DNA of 63,964 bases, counting the filler, from Chiloscyllium plagiosum (lineage: Eukaryota): NCBI RefSeq assembly GCF_004010195.1. It is 5 parts of one record of this genome, joined end to end, with 100 filler letters (N's around TTAATTAATTAA, not from the genome) between each part and the next. Parts side by side here need not be neighbours in the genome. Positions count along the whole stretch, not along the records: positions 1 to 23,194 come from NC_057717.1; positions 23,295 to 41,919 come from NC_057717.1; 3 more parts are not named here. One strand, given 5' to 3'. Under the pieces are notes generated by a model. It was given only the letters and a program-made list of their open reading frames with translations. It searched no databases and was not told where the DNA came from. Below, in pieces: positions 11,720-24,221 of this stretch (positions are counted from its first letter, which is position 1; the number at the start of each line of letters is the position of its first letter). The translations under genes and the position numbers were made by a program.

Positions 11720-13440
11720 TAACGAAAGTAACAAGCTGTATGTGGACAAATTAGAATGGAGCAATTGCTGAAAACAAATCCACATATTCACATCAGACAG
11801 ATGCAAGCTTTTTAAAGCCAGTTCATCAGATATTATGTCAAACCGAGTTTCTGTCGGGATGAAAGCTAATGATGGCAGAATTTGGGGAAGTTGGAAAATA
11901 GGAGATATGGAAAGAGCAGTCGAGAAGAAAAGAAAAATCAGGAAGCGTTAGAAAACTGAAGAAAGTCTAGAACCTTGCTTAAGGTAAAGAAAGCAACGAT
12001 GATAAATTTCAATGAGGAATTAGAAGGGGGAAAGGGCCTATAAAGTGCTCTTGGCAAGTAGGACTCAGAGAACCGCGAAAAGTTTTATGTGCATGTTAGG
12101 ACCACCAGGTAGGTAGGAAAACAGGACGTCGTCTCAAGGAGGACTAAGGAAATTTATGTTTCGGGCCGGATAATTTGAATGAGTCATTTTATGCGTATTT
12201 GCATCAGCATTTTATAACGGACAACGGTACTATTTGAAATGGGTGTGCAGATATGTTTTGACAATTCAGTATTAGAACATAGAACATAGTACAGCACAGA
12301 ACAGGCCCCTTTAGCCCACGATGTTGTGCCCACCATAGATCCTCATGTATGCACACTCAAATTTCTGTGACCATATGCATGTCTAGCAGTCTCTTAAACA
12401 CCCCCAATGACCTTGCTTCCACAATTGTTGCTGGCAACGCATTCCATGGTCTCACAACTCTCTGTGTAAACAACCCGCCTCTGACATCCCCTTTATACTT
12501 TCCTCCAACCAGCTTAAAACTATGACCCCTCGTGTTCGCCATTTCTGCCCTGGGAAATAATCTCTGGCTATCGACTCTATCTATGCCTCTCATTATCTTG
12601 TATACCTCAGTTAGGTGCCCTCTCCTCCTCCTTTTCTCCAATGAAAAAAGTACGAAATCAGTCAAACTCTCTGCATAAGATAAGCCCTTCAGTCCAGGCA
12701 GCATCCTGGTAAACCTCCTCTGAATCCTCTCCAAAGCATGCACATTTTCCTATAATAGGGCGACCAGAACTGGACGCAGTATTCCAAGTGCGGTCTAACC
12801 AAAGTTTTATAGAGCTGCAAATATTAATGAGGAGTCATTTGGCATTTGAAAAAGATATTAATGTAGATCAATCTCTCACTCTTGTTGGGACGGAATTCCA
12901 TGAATATGTGGTAGAAAAAATGTGCAGATTGCTGTGCCCTGCGCAGAGATCATTCTCTGCTCCCTAAATGGAGTTAATGTCTCAGAAGACTGGAGGATAG
13001 CCAGTGCCATTTCTATGGTTGAGGAAGAAAAAAAAATTGCGGGGGAAATCATGGTTCTCCGAGACTCACGTAATGGCAGCGAAATGACTGCTTCAGATTC
13101 TTATGGACAGCATTTATCTGTGTTTGGACACGCATGACTTTGTGCTGGGGACATGTTGTCTCAAAAATTTGATTCATTTTTTGAGGATGTGATGGCTGGG
13201 AGTATGACAGTGGATGGTGTCTACATGGACTTCACTCAAGTATTTTCCAATTTTTCTCCTGGTAGAATTGGTCAATAAATTATGCCAGGTGGAGTACAAA
13301 GTAAGTCGGTCTGTTGGATTAATAATTGGCTTTCTTATCAAAGACAGAAATATTTGTGAAGGGTGTTTTAAAGACTTGAATTCAGTGACCGCATGTGTTT
13401 CAAATGCATCAGTGAGGTGACTTCGATTGTTTACATTTAA
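11720..13440 (+). mobile_element. Old, highly decayed CR1 ORF2 fragment interrupted by a younger CR1
   Basis: EDWRIASAI and VYMDF-like remnants on both sides of the 12274-12820 insertion. Confidence 0.65.
12274..12820 (-). mobile_element. Younger 5'-truncated CR1 (HER1-like) with (CTATGTT)n tail
   Basis: ORF 12357-12743 ALERIQRRFTRMLPGL...FTQRVVRPWNALP. Tail agaacatagaacatag on the + strand. Confidence 0.92.
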
Positions 13441-13718
13441 TTTGATTTATTTGAGTTTTTCGGATCTTAACAAGTTACGTTGAAGAATATTGTTTTATGT
13501 GCTATCATTCAACCTATTCAATGTAATAGAACACCATGCACAATATAATTTCACGTCGAGAAAAAAAATGGAGAGAAAGATCAACTCTAGTACTTTGTGA
13601 GGTTCATTCATAATGTTTATAACAGTGCAGCAGACACTGCTCTTGAAACTATTGGTACAGAGTTTCAAAGTTTTGTCTCTTCTGAAAAAATTCTTTATTT
13701 GGATCCTTTACTACAGGT

Positions 13719-14064
13719 GCACGAGAAGATCGAGACCACGCCGAATCCGACTTTCACGTGGGGTCCAGTCGCCCTCTGACGAGTCAGCTTGGATCGGATG
13801 AGAGGCCAATGATCCAAAGAGTTACGCAGGGGAAACAACACTTTATTTGTTTCGCATCACAATGATTACATGCAACAATGCCATTGTTCCTTCCTCTTAA
13901 TCTGTGCATCTAATCCGACGAACAAACTGATCAACGATGGACACCCCAATCGACAGCCCTCCTTCCCCAAGTTTATGAGAAGCCGTAATCATCAACCATT
14001 GGGCTCTTACAATATATCTCATTATACCTATTCCAAACTTCACGATTATAATCTTTTCTAGACA
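13719..14064 (-). mobile_element. Possible solo LTR
   Basis: CpG-rich ~350-bp block bounded by TG...CA with AATAAA on the minus strand (near 13842). No clear TSD. Confidence 0.3.
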
Positions 14065-16129
14065 TTTGTCAGGCTTCCTTATCTGTAAGGATTGCTTGAA
14101 TTTTGTTCCTCATTGTGTTCAGTGCTTTTGATATCAAATTCTGTTCAATTTATATTTCCCACTGTCCTAGTACTGGGAGGTACAAGAGGAGGTAATTAGT
14201 TCCAAATTGCTGTCTGGTTCCTGACATCAGCAGTATAATATTATTAGTTAGATGTGAAAGGTTTTATGCGTACTGCTACTGTTGTCATTCATTACCGAAC
14301 GAGTTGTGGGCAGTTTCTATTTCATCTGACGTTGGAGGGTCAGTTAGTGTCCTTCTGTCATTCAGCTGCATTATAATACATTCTCGTCACATTTTGACTT
14401 TTGACATGAAAGCTACTGAACTCATTCTCATTAACTTTTCTGCCCAATTCGACAACATTGTTTTCGTTATTAATACTTAAATTTATTTGCTTCCACAGCT
14501 CAATGAACTTGTCTGATCTTCTAGAATCTAACAAGGCATAACCACAAGATTGTCATTTGTTTCTGTTGTTGTTTGATCCTATTATTTTTAATACCTGCTG
14601 CAAAATTAAGGCTGCCTGTTCTCACAGATCTCTTACAGAGCTGTGTCCTGCACGCATCTGCATGTTGTTTCCAGAAATCCCTGTCTATGAGTTTGTATGA
14701 TACTTTGTTCAAAGTAGATACTGCTACCTTTACGTAACTCTCTCTCACATCAACAATTGTGCGAACAAATCGCATGAGCCGGCTGTGCATCAGGCTATTT
14801 AGTTCTTTTTCTGCAGACATATTTAGGCCAAAGGGCAACCATAATATGCCACATCATACCAGGAGCTGCCGCAACAGTATGTAACTGAAGATCTGCGGTT
14901 TATCTGTGCATCTTGATAGCTCTGATTCCGAGCATCTGTCTATAATAAATCTTCACCCGTAGTTCATTATCGGTGTATTCATCTGGAATGTCAAGTGGTT
15001 TTGAAAGACACGATGCAATCTTTGTCTCATATTATCCATTTTAATTCGCATTCCTCTTTGTCTAACACTTCACGCTTCTATCTATGTCTTACTCTTTCAA
15101 TTGATAACTGCATCACACTAAAAGACTGTAATTAGTAATTTCCTTAATGTTTATCACTTTGATTTCCTTTCCACTCGGCCCTGAATCTCATTTTGTATGT
15201 TTAGTTTTTAAATTATCTCGTTCAGTTCTGCTATTTTCATTTATGATATTCTCCTTCCAAGAAGCTGCAATTTCTCCTTAATCTGGCATCATTGTATCTG
15301 TCTCCTTATAATTTCATCCACGTTAGTTTGATGCAAACTTGCTAATACTCCGCATTTGTGAATTTTTAAAAGTATGAGACTTCGTCATGGAACCATTGAT
15401 GCAATAGCGACTTTACCACGTGTTCAACCACATTGAAAGCAATATGTTAACTTTGTTATACATTAACTGCCAAGACGTTGGATTGTCATGGTTTCATCAC
15501 CATGACACATAATGTCAGCAGTGCAACTTCTGCGAAGCACTGTTTTTCCTCCTGCTTGATATTTATATGCCCCGTTCTGTTCAGCTGGGTGGCATCACTT
15601 CTGTTTTGCAGTGGTTCAAATGTGGGATCTGCGCCAAAATGCTTGTAGGTGGGTTGTGGGTTGAAAACCGAGCCTCTAAGAATTCTGTTGCTTGTCTTTG
15701 TTTAGACTATGCAAGGATTCTGACGTTGTTCAAGTGAAATTCATGCTCCTTTTTGAATGTGTGTACTGAGGCACACGACAGGTGTTTCATCGCGTACATC
15801 TTTTTGTGTTCCGATCCCTTTGATCACAATTATCTGACTTGTAAATGACTCAAGCACGTCAAGATGGAGGAACAAAACATGAGAAACAGAAATGTAGAGT
15901 TCACTGGCATCACCAACCGGGAAATATTACTGTCAAGGTCATGCATTCATGAAGAATGCTGAGAACTGTATTACAAACTATTTTGCAAATCTGGTTGACA
16001 ATGCATTTACTGGGGACGTTTGGTGCATGGTAATCTCTGTATGATCTTTTAAAGGTGTATGAAAAACCACACATTGTTCCATGTGTCAGAAAACCAAGCA
16101 GATTGACAGCAGAAATGTTGATTGTGCAA

Positions 16130-18060
16130 ACTGCAATCAATCTAAATTACATGAAGAAATGCAGACAGGGTTGTTTCCCTGAGACAGAGGGAACGTGATT
16201 GCCGGATATAAATGTATGAGAGAGTCATGGACAGCATGGATAGGAAGACACTTTTCCCCGAGATGGATGTACGAATTATCGGTGTAGACATAAAGCAAGG
16301 GGAGACAAGTTTCAGGAGATTCTAAGGAAAAATTGTTTTTTTACTCAAATATTGGTGAAAATGTCTAACTCGATGCCTGTGATTGTGAAAGAGGACAAAA
16401 CACTTTTAACATTGCAGAACAACTTAGAATGGTACTTGCAATGCCAAGACATTGGTCAAGGGATCAGAAGCAGAACCTGGAAAGTTCGTAATGAGTGGAT
16501 GTCTCTCCGTTGTTCCTTCTATTCTGTAGTACTCTACAACGCTATAACAAAGAACAACGAACAATACACCACGAAAACAGACACCTTGGACATATAGGCC
16601 TGTGCTGCCACATTTTGCCCTTTCAGACTAAAATTGTCCGCACTGACAGTATACGTAAAGCACTCTTTCCTTCCAAAAAATGTATTCGTCCCGGTGCTTC
16701 TAGAATACTGATATGTTATCTGCTTACACCAGTACCTCCTCTGAAAAAACGTTCCAGACACTCACCACCCTTAGAACACAAAACAACACGCACATCTCCC
16801 TTATATGTGTGCTGTTGCACCTTGAACCAATGATTTTTCATACTGACCCCTTATGTTGGGAAAAATCCTCATGTTTTCCACTCTATCAAAGCACTCACAA
16901 ATGTTTCAACATCCAGTAGGTCACCGCTCAACTTCCTGCGCTCTCATGAATGCAAGTCCACTGCATCCAACCATGCTTCACAGCTCAAGTCCCCTAAACA
17001 CGCAATGTCCCAGTAAACAGGGCAGCACGGTGATGCAGTGGTGAGGTGGAACGGTGGCTCAGTGGTTAGTACTGCTGCCTCACAACGCCAGGGACCCAAC
17101 TTCGATTCTAGTCTCGGGCAACTGTGTGTGTGGAGTGTGCACATTCTGGTCGTGTCTATGTGGGCTTCCTCCAAGAGCTCTGGTTTTCTCCCAGAGTCCA
17201 AGGATGTGCAGGTTCGGTAGATTGACCAAAATAATTTGAGTTCAATCCAAGGTTCAGGGATGCTCACTAGTCAGTAAAATGTACAGTAATAAGGAAAGTG
17301 GATACGTCTTCATGGTATAGTCTGCAGAGGGGTAGTGCGGATTTGTTGGGCCGAAAGGCCTGTTTCCCCAAAGTAGAGATTGTCTTTAAAATTATGTACA
17401 CTCTGCAGAGCATCCACATACGTCTGCTTGGATGCTGACCAGAACTGTTTTCAATGTTCCGAGTATGGCCAAATTAAATATCAGAAAAGCTACTATCCTT
17501 GTACTCAATGCCCATTCCAAGGAGGGGAGGTTAGTAATTGTCTCTTTTTACTACGTAATCTTTCTGCGCGGATATGTTTAATCATCTGTGGACCTGCGAC
17601 TCACGAACAGACGGCATTTCAATGCTCCGAAAGGTTCTGCTGTTCACTTTAAATTTTCCACCTGCAGGTGACTTTCCAAAATACATCACTTGACCAGGTT
17701 AAATTCCATCTGCCATTTTTGTGCCCATGTCTTCAAGTGAATTATATCCTCCTGAATCTGTTGACAATCCTCCTCAGTACCCGCAAATCCAGCGACCTTT
17801 GCTTCGTCCACAAACTTCTGAATTACACGAGCTACATTTCCTTTCAAATCATTTGCTTAGATCACGAACAGCAGATGTTCCAGAATTGATTCCTGTTGAC
17901 CACCACTCGTCACAGCTCTCCATTCTGAAAAAGTGCCCTTGACCGCTACCATCAACCTTCTATGAAGTAACCAGTCAGTATTCATCTTGAGAGCTCATCC
18001 CTGCACCATTTGACTTCATCCTTTGTTCCGTTCTTCCATGAGGAATGTATCAAGTGTTCT
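16130..18060. mobile_element. Decayed CR1 fragments in both orientations, hosting a SINE
   Basis: CR1 3'-end remnants at 16130-16490 (+) and RT-like remnants (ttaaattccatctgcca = WQMEFN) on the minus strand to about 18060. Confidence 0.6.
17020..17372 (+). mobile_element. tRNA-derived SINE (HE1/V-SINE-like)
   Basis: A-box tggctcagtggtt, degenerate B-box, core tgtgtggagtgtgcacattct...cttcctcc and CR1-like tail ttgggccgaaaggcctgtttcc. Confidence 0.88.
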
Positions 18061-18995
18061 AAACATGGTCTAAGCAAAATCTATGAAACCAGCGCTATCA
18101 GAGTCTCGAGTATCTAACGTATTTAGCGTTGCAAAATGCGTGCAATGCGAAGAGTCATGCTGAGTATCTGAACTGTGCACTGTGAACCTCTTGTGCTGTG
18201 CCCGAAAAATACAGGGAATGTGTGAAGTTCCTCATGTCATTGTGAAACTGAGGTTTGGAGTTCAGACCTGTGCATGGTGCTTCAAGTGCTGACCACTTGG
18301 TGAGTCCCTGTCTCTGCACTCTTTTCATTCAATGTGACACATGTGGAATGAATAAATAAGCAAAAAGCCTGAATTATTGTCAACTACAGTTGTTTTATGA
18401 GATCCGAGTTGCTCATCAATCTACAATATTTTATAAGAAAGTGGTATGGTGACCAGAGCTGTGCACTGTGCTTCACTTGCAGTCAACTGAATCCCTGCTG
18501 GGCCAGAATGGTGAACAATGTGAACGATGCATCTTGTGTGTACTTTAAAACATCAGGAAACGTCTCATGATGACTGCCCAGAAATCAGCAGAGGAAATAT
18601 TGACTGGACCGCACGAACAGTGAAAGGGAGCTTCAATAGGGGTTTAATGCACACATTTCGTTTTAATCTGGCCCAAAGCACAGAAATACATGGGCATTAA
18701 TGTCGCCATTCCTTCAGCAATTAACGACTGTACCTTCATTTTGTTTTAACTTGTTCTCGAATCATTGATATCCAAAAACGTCGCTGGGGTAATCATGGAA
18801 GAAACATTTTGAGCTCTGATGACAAAATATTGTAGCGGACTGTCATCAGAAAATCAATATATACCAAAACCGGCTTCCTCCTGTTGGGGTTTAAAGTATT
18901 AGAAATACGTAATACATACAAACTGATGCATGAAATTGCTTTTTTAACGTCATTCTCCACATGATCATGCTTCCTGCACTTTTTGCTTGTACATT

Positions 18996-18997
18996 TT

Positions 18998-19059
<62 letters not shown>
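18996..19059. repeat. (TTTC)n microsatellite
   Basis: About 15 tandem TTTC units. Confidence 0.97.
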
Positions 19060-19060
<1 letters not shown>

Positions 19061-19711
19061 CCCCTTTCAGATTTAATTTGTATCTATCTGTTTGCCGCTA
19101 CAATGAGCGTTTGACTTTGTTTTGCCATCATTCCCCCTCTCAATCTATTTCAAGAATATTTGCCTTTATTACCCTGTTGTGATCATCTCCTCAACATCAC
19201 AGTTTTAATCACAATTCTGTTAAGCTGTCATTTGCATGACTGTCCGCCAGTATAATAACACATTTCCCATATGAATCCGGACATCGTTTGTAAAATATTT
19301 GCATCTGTGGCTGATCTTCCGTAACAAGTGTTGAGACGCTCTCTGAGGTTCTTTTACAAAACAATGCGGAGTAAGCTCGCCCTGAATATGAACGAGATGA
19401 TTATCGTCTTTCTGTGGGAAAGAAGCGCAGCCGTGTAATTGTTGAACTTCCAATAATCATCAGATTAGATTTTCATATATTGTTAACCGTTAGATATAGT
19501 CATCGTTCCTTCGTGTAAAGCTTCTGTTATGAACAAGGCAAGCCTCCCTCAAAATATTTAAAGAATGTAGCTGAGACCCTAACTTTTTTCTTATCTTAAA
19601 GACACATGTGAGTAAACGTTCCAGGTATGATGCTGCTGGTCAAGTCATTCGGCCTGAAGCTGAAGATAAGTTATTTAAGCTCAGCAATTGAAGCACGAGC
19701 ACATGAAAGCA

Positions 19712-21071
19712 NNNNNNNNNNNNNNNNNNNNNNNNNNNNNNNNNNNNNNNNNNNNNNNNNNNNNNNNNNNNNNNNNNNNNNNNNNNNNNNNNNNNNNNNN
19801 NNNNNNNNNNNNNNNNNNNNNNNNNNNNNNNNNNNNNNNNNNNNNNNNNNNNNNNNNNNNNNNNNNNNNNNNNNNNNNNNNNNNNNNNNNNNNNNNNNNN
19901 NNNNNNNNNNNNNNNNNNNNNNNNNNNNNNNNNNNNNNNNNNNNNNNNNNNNNNNNNNNNNNNNNNNNNNNNNNNNNNNNNNNNNNNNNNNNNNNNNNNN
20001 NNNNNNNNNNNNNNNNNNNNNNNNNNNNNNNNNNNNNNNNNNNNNNNNNNNNNNNNNNNNNNNNNNNNNNNNNNNNNNNNNNNNNNNNNNNNNNNNNNNN
20101 NNNNNNNNNNNNNNNNNNNNNNNNNNNNNNNNNNNNNNNNNNNNNNNNNNNNNNNNNNNNNNNNNNNNNNNNNNNNNNNNNNNNNNNNNNNNNNNNNNNN
20201 NNNNNNNNNNNACNNNNNNNNNNNNNNNNNNNNNNNNNNNNNNNNNNNNNNNNNNNNNNNNNNNNNNNNNNNNNNNNNNNNNNNNNNNNNNNNNNNNNNN
20301 NNNNNNNNNNNNNNNNNNNNNNNNNNNNNNNNNNNNNNNNNNNNNNNNNNNNNNNNNNNNNNNNNNNNNNNNNNNNNNNNNNNNNNNNNNNNNNNNNNNN
20401 NNNNNNNNNNNNNNNNNNNNNNNNNNNNNNNNNNNNNNNNNNNNNNNNNNNNNNNNNNNNNNNNNNNNNNNNNNNNNNNNNNNNNNNNNNNNNNNNNNNN
20501 NNNNNNNNNNNNNNNNNNNNNNNNNNNNNNNNNNNNNNNNNNNNNNNNNNNNNNNNNNNNNNNNNNNNNNNNNNNNNNNNNNNNNNNNNNNNNNNNNNNN
20601 NNNNNNNNNNNNNNNNNNNNNNNNNNNNNNNNNNNNNNNNNNNNNNNNNNNNNNNNNNNNNNNNNNNNNNNNNNNNNNNNNNNNNNNNNNNNNNNNNNNN
20701 NNNNNNNNNNNNNNNNNNNNNNNNNNNNNNNNNNNNNNNNNNNNNNNNNNNNNNNNNNNNNNNNNNNNNNNNNNNNNNNNNNNNNNNNNNNNNNNNNNNN
20801 NNNNNNNNNNNNNNNNNNNNNNNNNNNNNNNNNNNNNNNNNNNNNNNNNNNNNNNNNNNNNNNNNNNNNNNNNNNNNNNNNNNNNNNNNNNNNNNNNNNN
20901 NNNNNNNNNNNNNNNNNNNNNNNNNNNNNNNNNNNNNNNNNNNNNNNNNNNNNNNNNNNNNNNNNNNNNNNNNNNNNNNNNNNNNNNNNNNNNNNNNNNN
21001 NNNNNNNNNNNNNNNNNNNNNNNNNNNNNNNNNNNNNNNNNNNNNNNNNNNNNNNNNNNNNNNNNNNNNNN
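19712..21071. other. Assembly gap (~1.36 kb of N)
   Basis: N run. The ORFs spanning it are artefacts. Confidence 0.99.
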
Positions 21072-21428
21072 TACAAAATTATGAGGGCCATAGATAGGCT
21101 AAATAGACAAAGTCTTTTCCCTGGGGTCGGGGAGTCCAGAACTCGAGGGCATAGGTTTAGGGTGAGAGGGGAAAGATATAAAAGAGACTAATGGAGCAAT
21201 CTTTTCACGCACAGGGTGGTACGTGTATAGAATGAGTTGCCAGAGAACGTGGTGGAGGCCGGTACAATTGCAACATTTAAGAGGCATTTAGATGAATAGG
21301 AAGGGTTTGGAGGGATATGGTCCGTTTGCTGGCAGGTGGGAATAGGTTGGGTTGGGAGAACTGGTCGGAATGGACGGGTTGCACCGAAGGTTCCATTTCC
21401 ATGCTGTACATCTCTATGACTCTATCTG
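21072..21428 (+). mobile_element. CR1 LINE 3' end
   Basis: YKIMRAIDRLNRQSLFPGVGESRTRGHRFRVRG followed by a (ctctatga) tail. Confidence 0.9.
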
Positions 21429-21474
21429 ACCAGAGTGCCACATAGCTCCACTGCCTGTCGTGATTAGATTGGGG

Positions 21475-21625
21475 CTGGAAAACCACAGCAGTTCAGCCAG
21501 CATCCGACGAACAGGAAAATCGAATTTTCGTGTAAAAGCCTTTGCTGCCTGACCTGCTGTGCTTTTCCAGCACTCCTGTAACCTTGACTCTCATCTCCAG
21601 CATCTGAAGTATCCTCTTCTGCCTC
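21475..21625. mobile_element. Short inverted Penelope pLTR remnant
   Basis: ctggaaaaccacagcagttcagccagcatc is the inverted counterpart of tgctgcctgacctgctgtgcttttccagca; partial hammerhead arm between them. Confidence 0.7.
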
Positions 21626-23194
21626 CACTTCTGTCGTCTCTGTTGCTTTAACAGCGAGAAGACGAAGAGAAAGAAGTTCTTACCTAATCCTAAACTTGTT
21701 GCTGCTCGCCCTCCCCGTCAAAGCCGAGCATTCACGTCGGCCTGCTCTGAGACAGAAAATAGCAGCATCTCAACCACAAAGTATCCCACAGATAAAGTGG
21801 TGGAACAAGGCATAACATTACCTCTTGCACGCCCACACTCCTCCACGCCCCATACACCACAATAGCCTAAACTCCCATACTTAGCTCAAGTCCCAGCATT
21901 TTCATGACATTGCACTTCACTCTCCATGGACTTTGATCTGATCGCTAATAAGTTCCTGGCAAGTTCACAAGCCTCTTAATTCCATGTAAGCCAACGTTTC
22001 AGCTGATTGGTTTTCCGCGTCTAACTCAATATTATGTTTTTTTTCCTTTAATCATCTAAGCTTCAGTGAAGTAATTGATTGAGTAATTGATTAATCGGAC
22101 CAAAACTCTTAAGCTATTCTATCAATGAGAATTTGTCCACCATAAGACAATACGCAGGAGACAGTACGTGTAACTCGTGAAACATTGAATTAGAATTATT
22201 TTACTCCTGAAAGTCTTGGACAATATATCAACTTGTCCAAGTAATACAAAGCATTGTCTGCTCCAGGGAAATCTATCTATAAAGTAAAAAATGCATCTGC
22301 TGCCAATGTACATTCAATGCATAACCATTTTGAAATACCAGCATCAGCATCCTGGGGATTTTCATTGTCACAGTCTGAACTGGACTAGCAATATGAAGAG
22401 TATCGCCTCAATAGTGGATCAGATGGCAGAAATACTTCAATGGATAACTGACATCCTAGCCTCCTCGAGCCTATTCAGGACATATGGCAGAAACCTGAGG
22501 AATTCCAGTGCGCTAAACTTGGGAGGTGCACCACAACTGTGCAGCAGCCTTATGTATTTCTTTCCCAGTGAAAACGGTGTTGCCACAGTAAGTATCTATT
22601 TTTTACATACAACAGTTAATTCAGGAGTCACAAAATGAAATCAGCCAGAACAGATTATAGACTGCTAATATCTGTATTTTTGAAGTGTTCTGGTTTCCTT
22701 CCATCATCACAATTTAGGAATTCTGAGGATTCAAATTTTAAATTTTTCATTCAGATCAGTTCACTGTTTATATTTAATGTAGAATATCCTGTCCTAGCTG
22801 ATGCTAAAAGCTAATAAAAGGGAAGAAATAGTAACACCTGTTCCTAATTCGTGTACAGGCAATTTTCTTTGACAAATTACGTATTTGTGACCTTCGTTTG
22901 TATGTTCTTGCATATAGCACACTGAAGTGGTTGTGCATCAGGACATGTCCTTCTTATGATAGCTTTCTTTTGGATATGTGCATCCTTTATTGTTTTCAGG
23001 TCCCCGACTTGGCAATTTCTCTTCAAAAACATCTGCGTGTGCGTCAAATTACCAATTCATGACTTCAAAGTTAAATATTCATCAAAGTATTCATAATTTA
23101 GCCTACAAATTTCTGTACATTACACACCATTATCACTGATGGTGTTTCATTCTGTGGACCAGAACTGATGCTGCGAAAGCAAAACATCAAACTG

Positions 23195-23294
23195 NNNNNN
23201 NNNNNNNNNNNNNNNNNNNNNNNNNNNNNNNNNNNNNNTTAATTAATTAANNNNNNNNNNNNNNNNNNNNNNNNNNNNNNNNNNNNNNNNNNNN
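23195..23294. other. Artificial contig spacer: 44N-TTAATTAATTAA-44N
   Basis: Identical 100-nt structure at 41920-42019, 52722-52821 and 61057-61156. Confidence 0.97.
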
Positions 23295-23324
23295 AACATA
23301 TTTTCTGTTTCTTCTCTCTCACAG

Positions 23325-24221
23325 TTAATTTACCGGCGCTTGTGATCCTATCTTCTGGTAAGTGTGGCGTCTCTCGGTACACAAGTCGCTACATGGTGGC
23401 CATGGCAACGATGGATCTCCTGTCAACTGTAACTAACATAATCATGAAGCAGATATTTTCTTTATACATTGTTGAAGACATTTTCCTGGATATCACCCCT
23501 GTGTGCAGTTTTTTGTTTGCACTGCGTAATGCAATCAGAGATTCTTCTGTCTGGTTCACCGTGTTTTTCTCCTTTGATCGCTTTGTGGCTGTTTGTTGCC
23601 CAAAACTAAAAGCAAATTATTGCACAGGGAAAACGGCAACTGGTAACAACGTGCCTTCTGTTCAGTTTAAAAAATATCCCCATCTACTTTATATATCAAC
23701 CTCGGTATTTAATCAACAATGTGCCCATGAACTGCAGATTAAAAGAAAGCTATTGGACCAAACCAGCATGTAGGGGACTCGATCTGTTTAACAAGGTTTT
23801 AACCCCTTTGTTACCAATTCTTATAATTATGTTGCTTAACACACTGACTGTCAGGCATGTATTAGTAACCAGTCGAGTACGTAGATTACTGAAGGGTCAG
23901 CAAAAAGGAGACAATTCCAATGACCCAGGGATGGAAAGTAGGCGAAAATCTATGATATTACTGTTCACTATTTCTGGATGCGTTATACTTCTGTGGTCGT
24001 TTTATGTTATAAATGTTATACGTTATACCATTAGAAGAAAATATGTTACAAAATCTGTCAAAGTTTTTAGGGATTTTTCAACTTATTTTCGGAATGTGAG
24101 TTCCTGCACAAATGCATTTATTTATTTGTTGACTTTATCCAAGTTCAGGCAGATAATCAAAAACGTATTAAAATTTCTAATAACACCGGTTATTCTGAAA
24201 ATTAATAAATGCGGTAAGTGA
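23325..24221 (+). pseudogene. GPR139/GPR142-like class A GPCR, large coding exon 2 (end of TM1 to TM7) with a frameshift near 23639
   Basis: Acceptor ttttctgtttcttctctctcacag, then (V)NLPALVILSSGKCGVSRYTSRYMVAMATMDLL, SVWFTVFFSFDRFVAVCC, KVLTPLLP, MESRRKSMILLFTISG and SSCTNAFIYLLTLSKFR. The two ORFs (23342-23773, 23721-24221) join by a frame change. Confidence 0.9.

Noticed and set aside
13773..13840. ctgacgag as a hammerhead core
   Set aside because: No stem II closing onto a GAAA and no matching stem I or III.
14521..14838. 105-aa minus-strand ORF
   Set aside because: No recognisable motif or splice support; consistent with chance.
17040..17115. tRNA gene (also at the heads of the SINEs near 30800-30880 and 38575)
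   Set aside because: The A/B boxes belong to tRNA-derived SINE heads followed by the SINE core and tail; no full cloverleaf.
19627..21097. Three ~480-aa ORFs
   Set aside because: Almost entirely N (gap). The lone 'ac' at 20212 is also an artefact.
22291..22638. ORF with a gtaagt donor as exon 1 of the GPCR
   Set aside because: No YYP...VP TM1 motif, and it lies across an artificial contig join.
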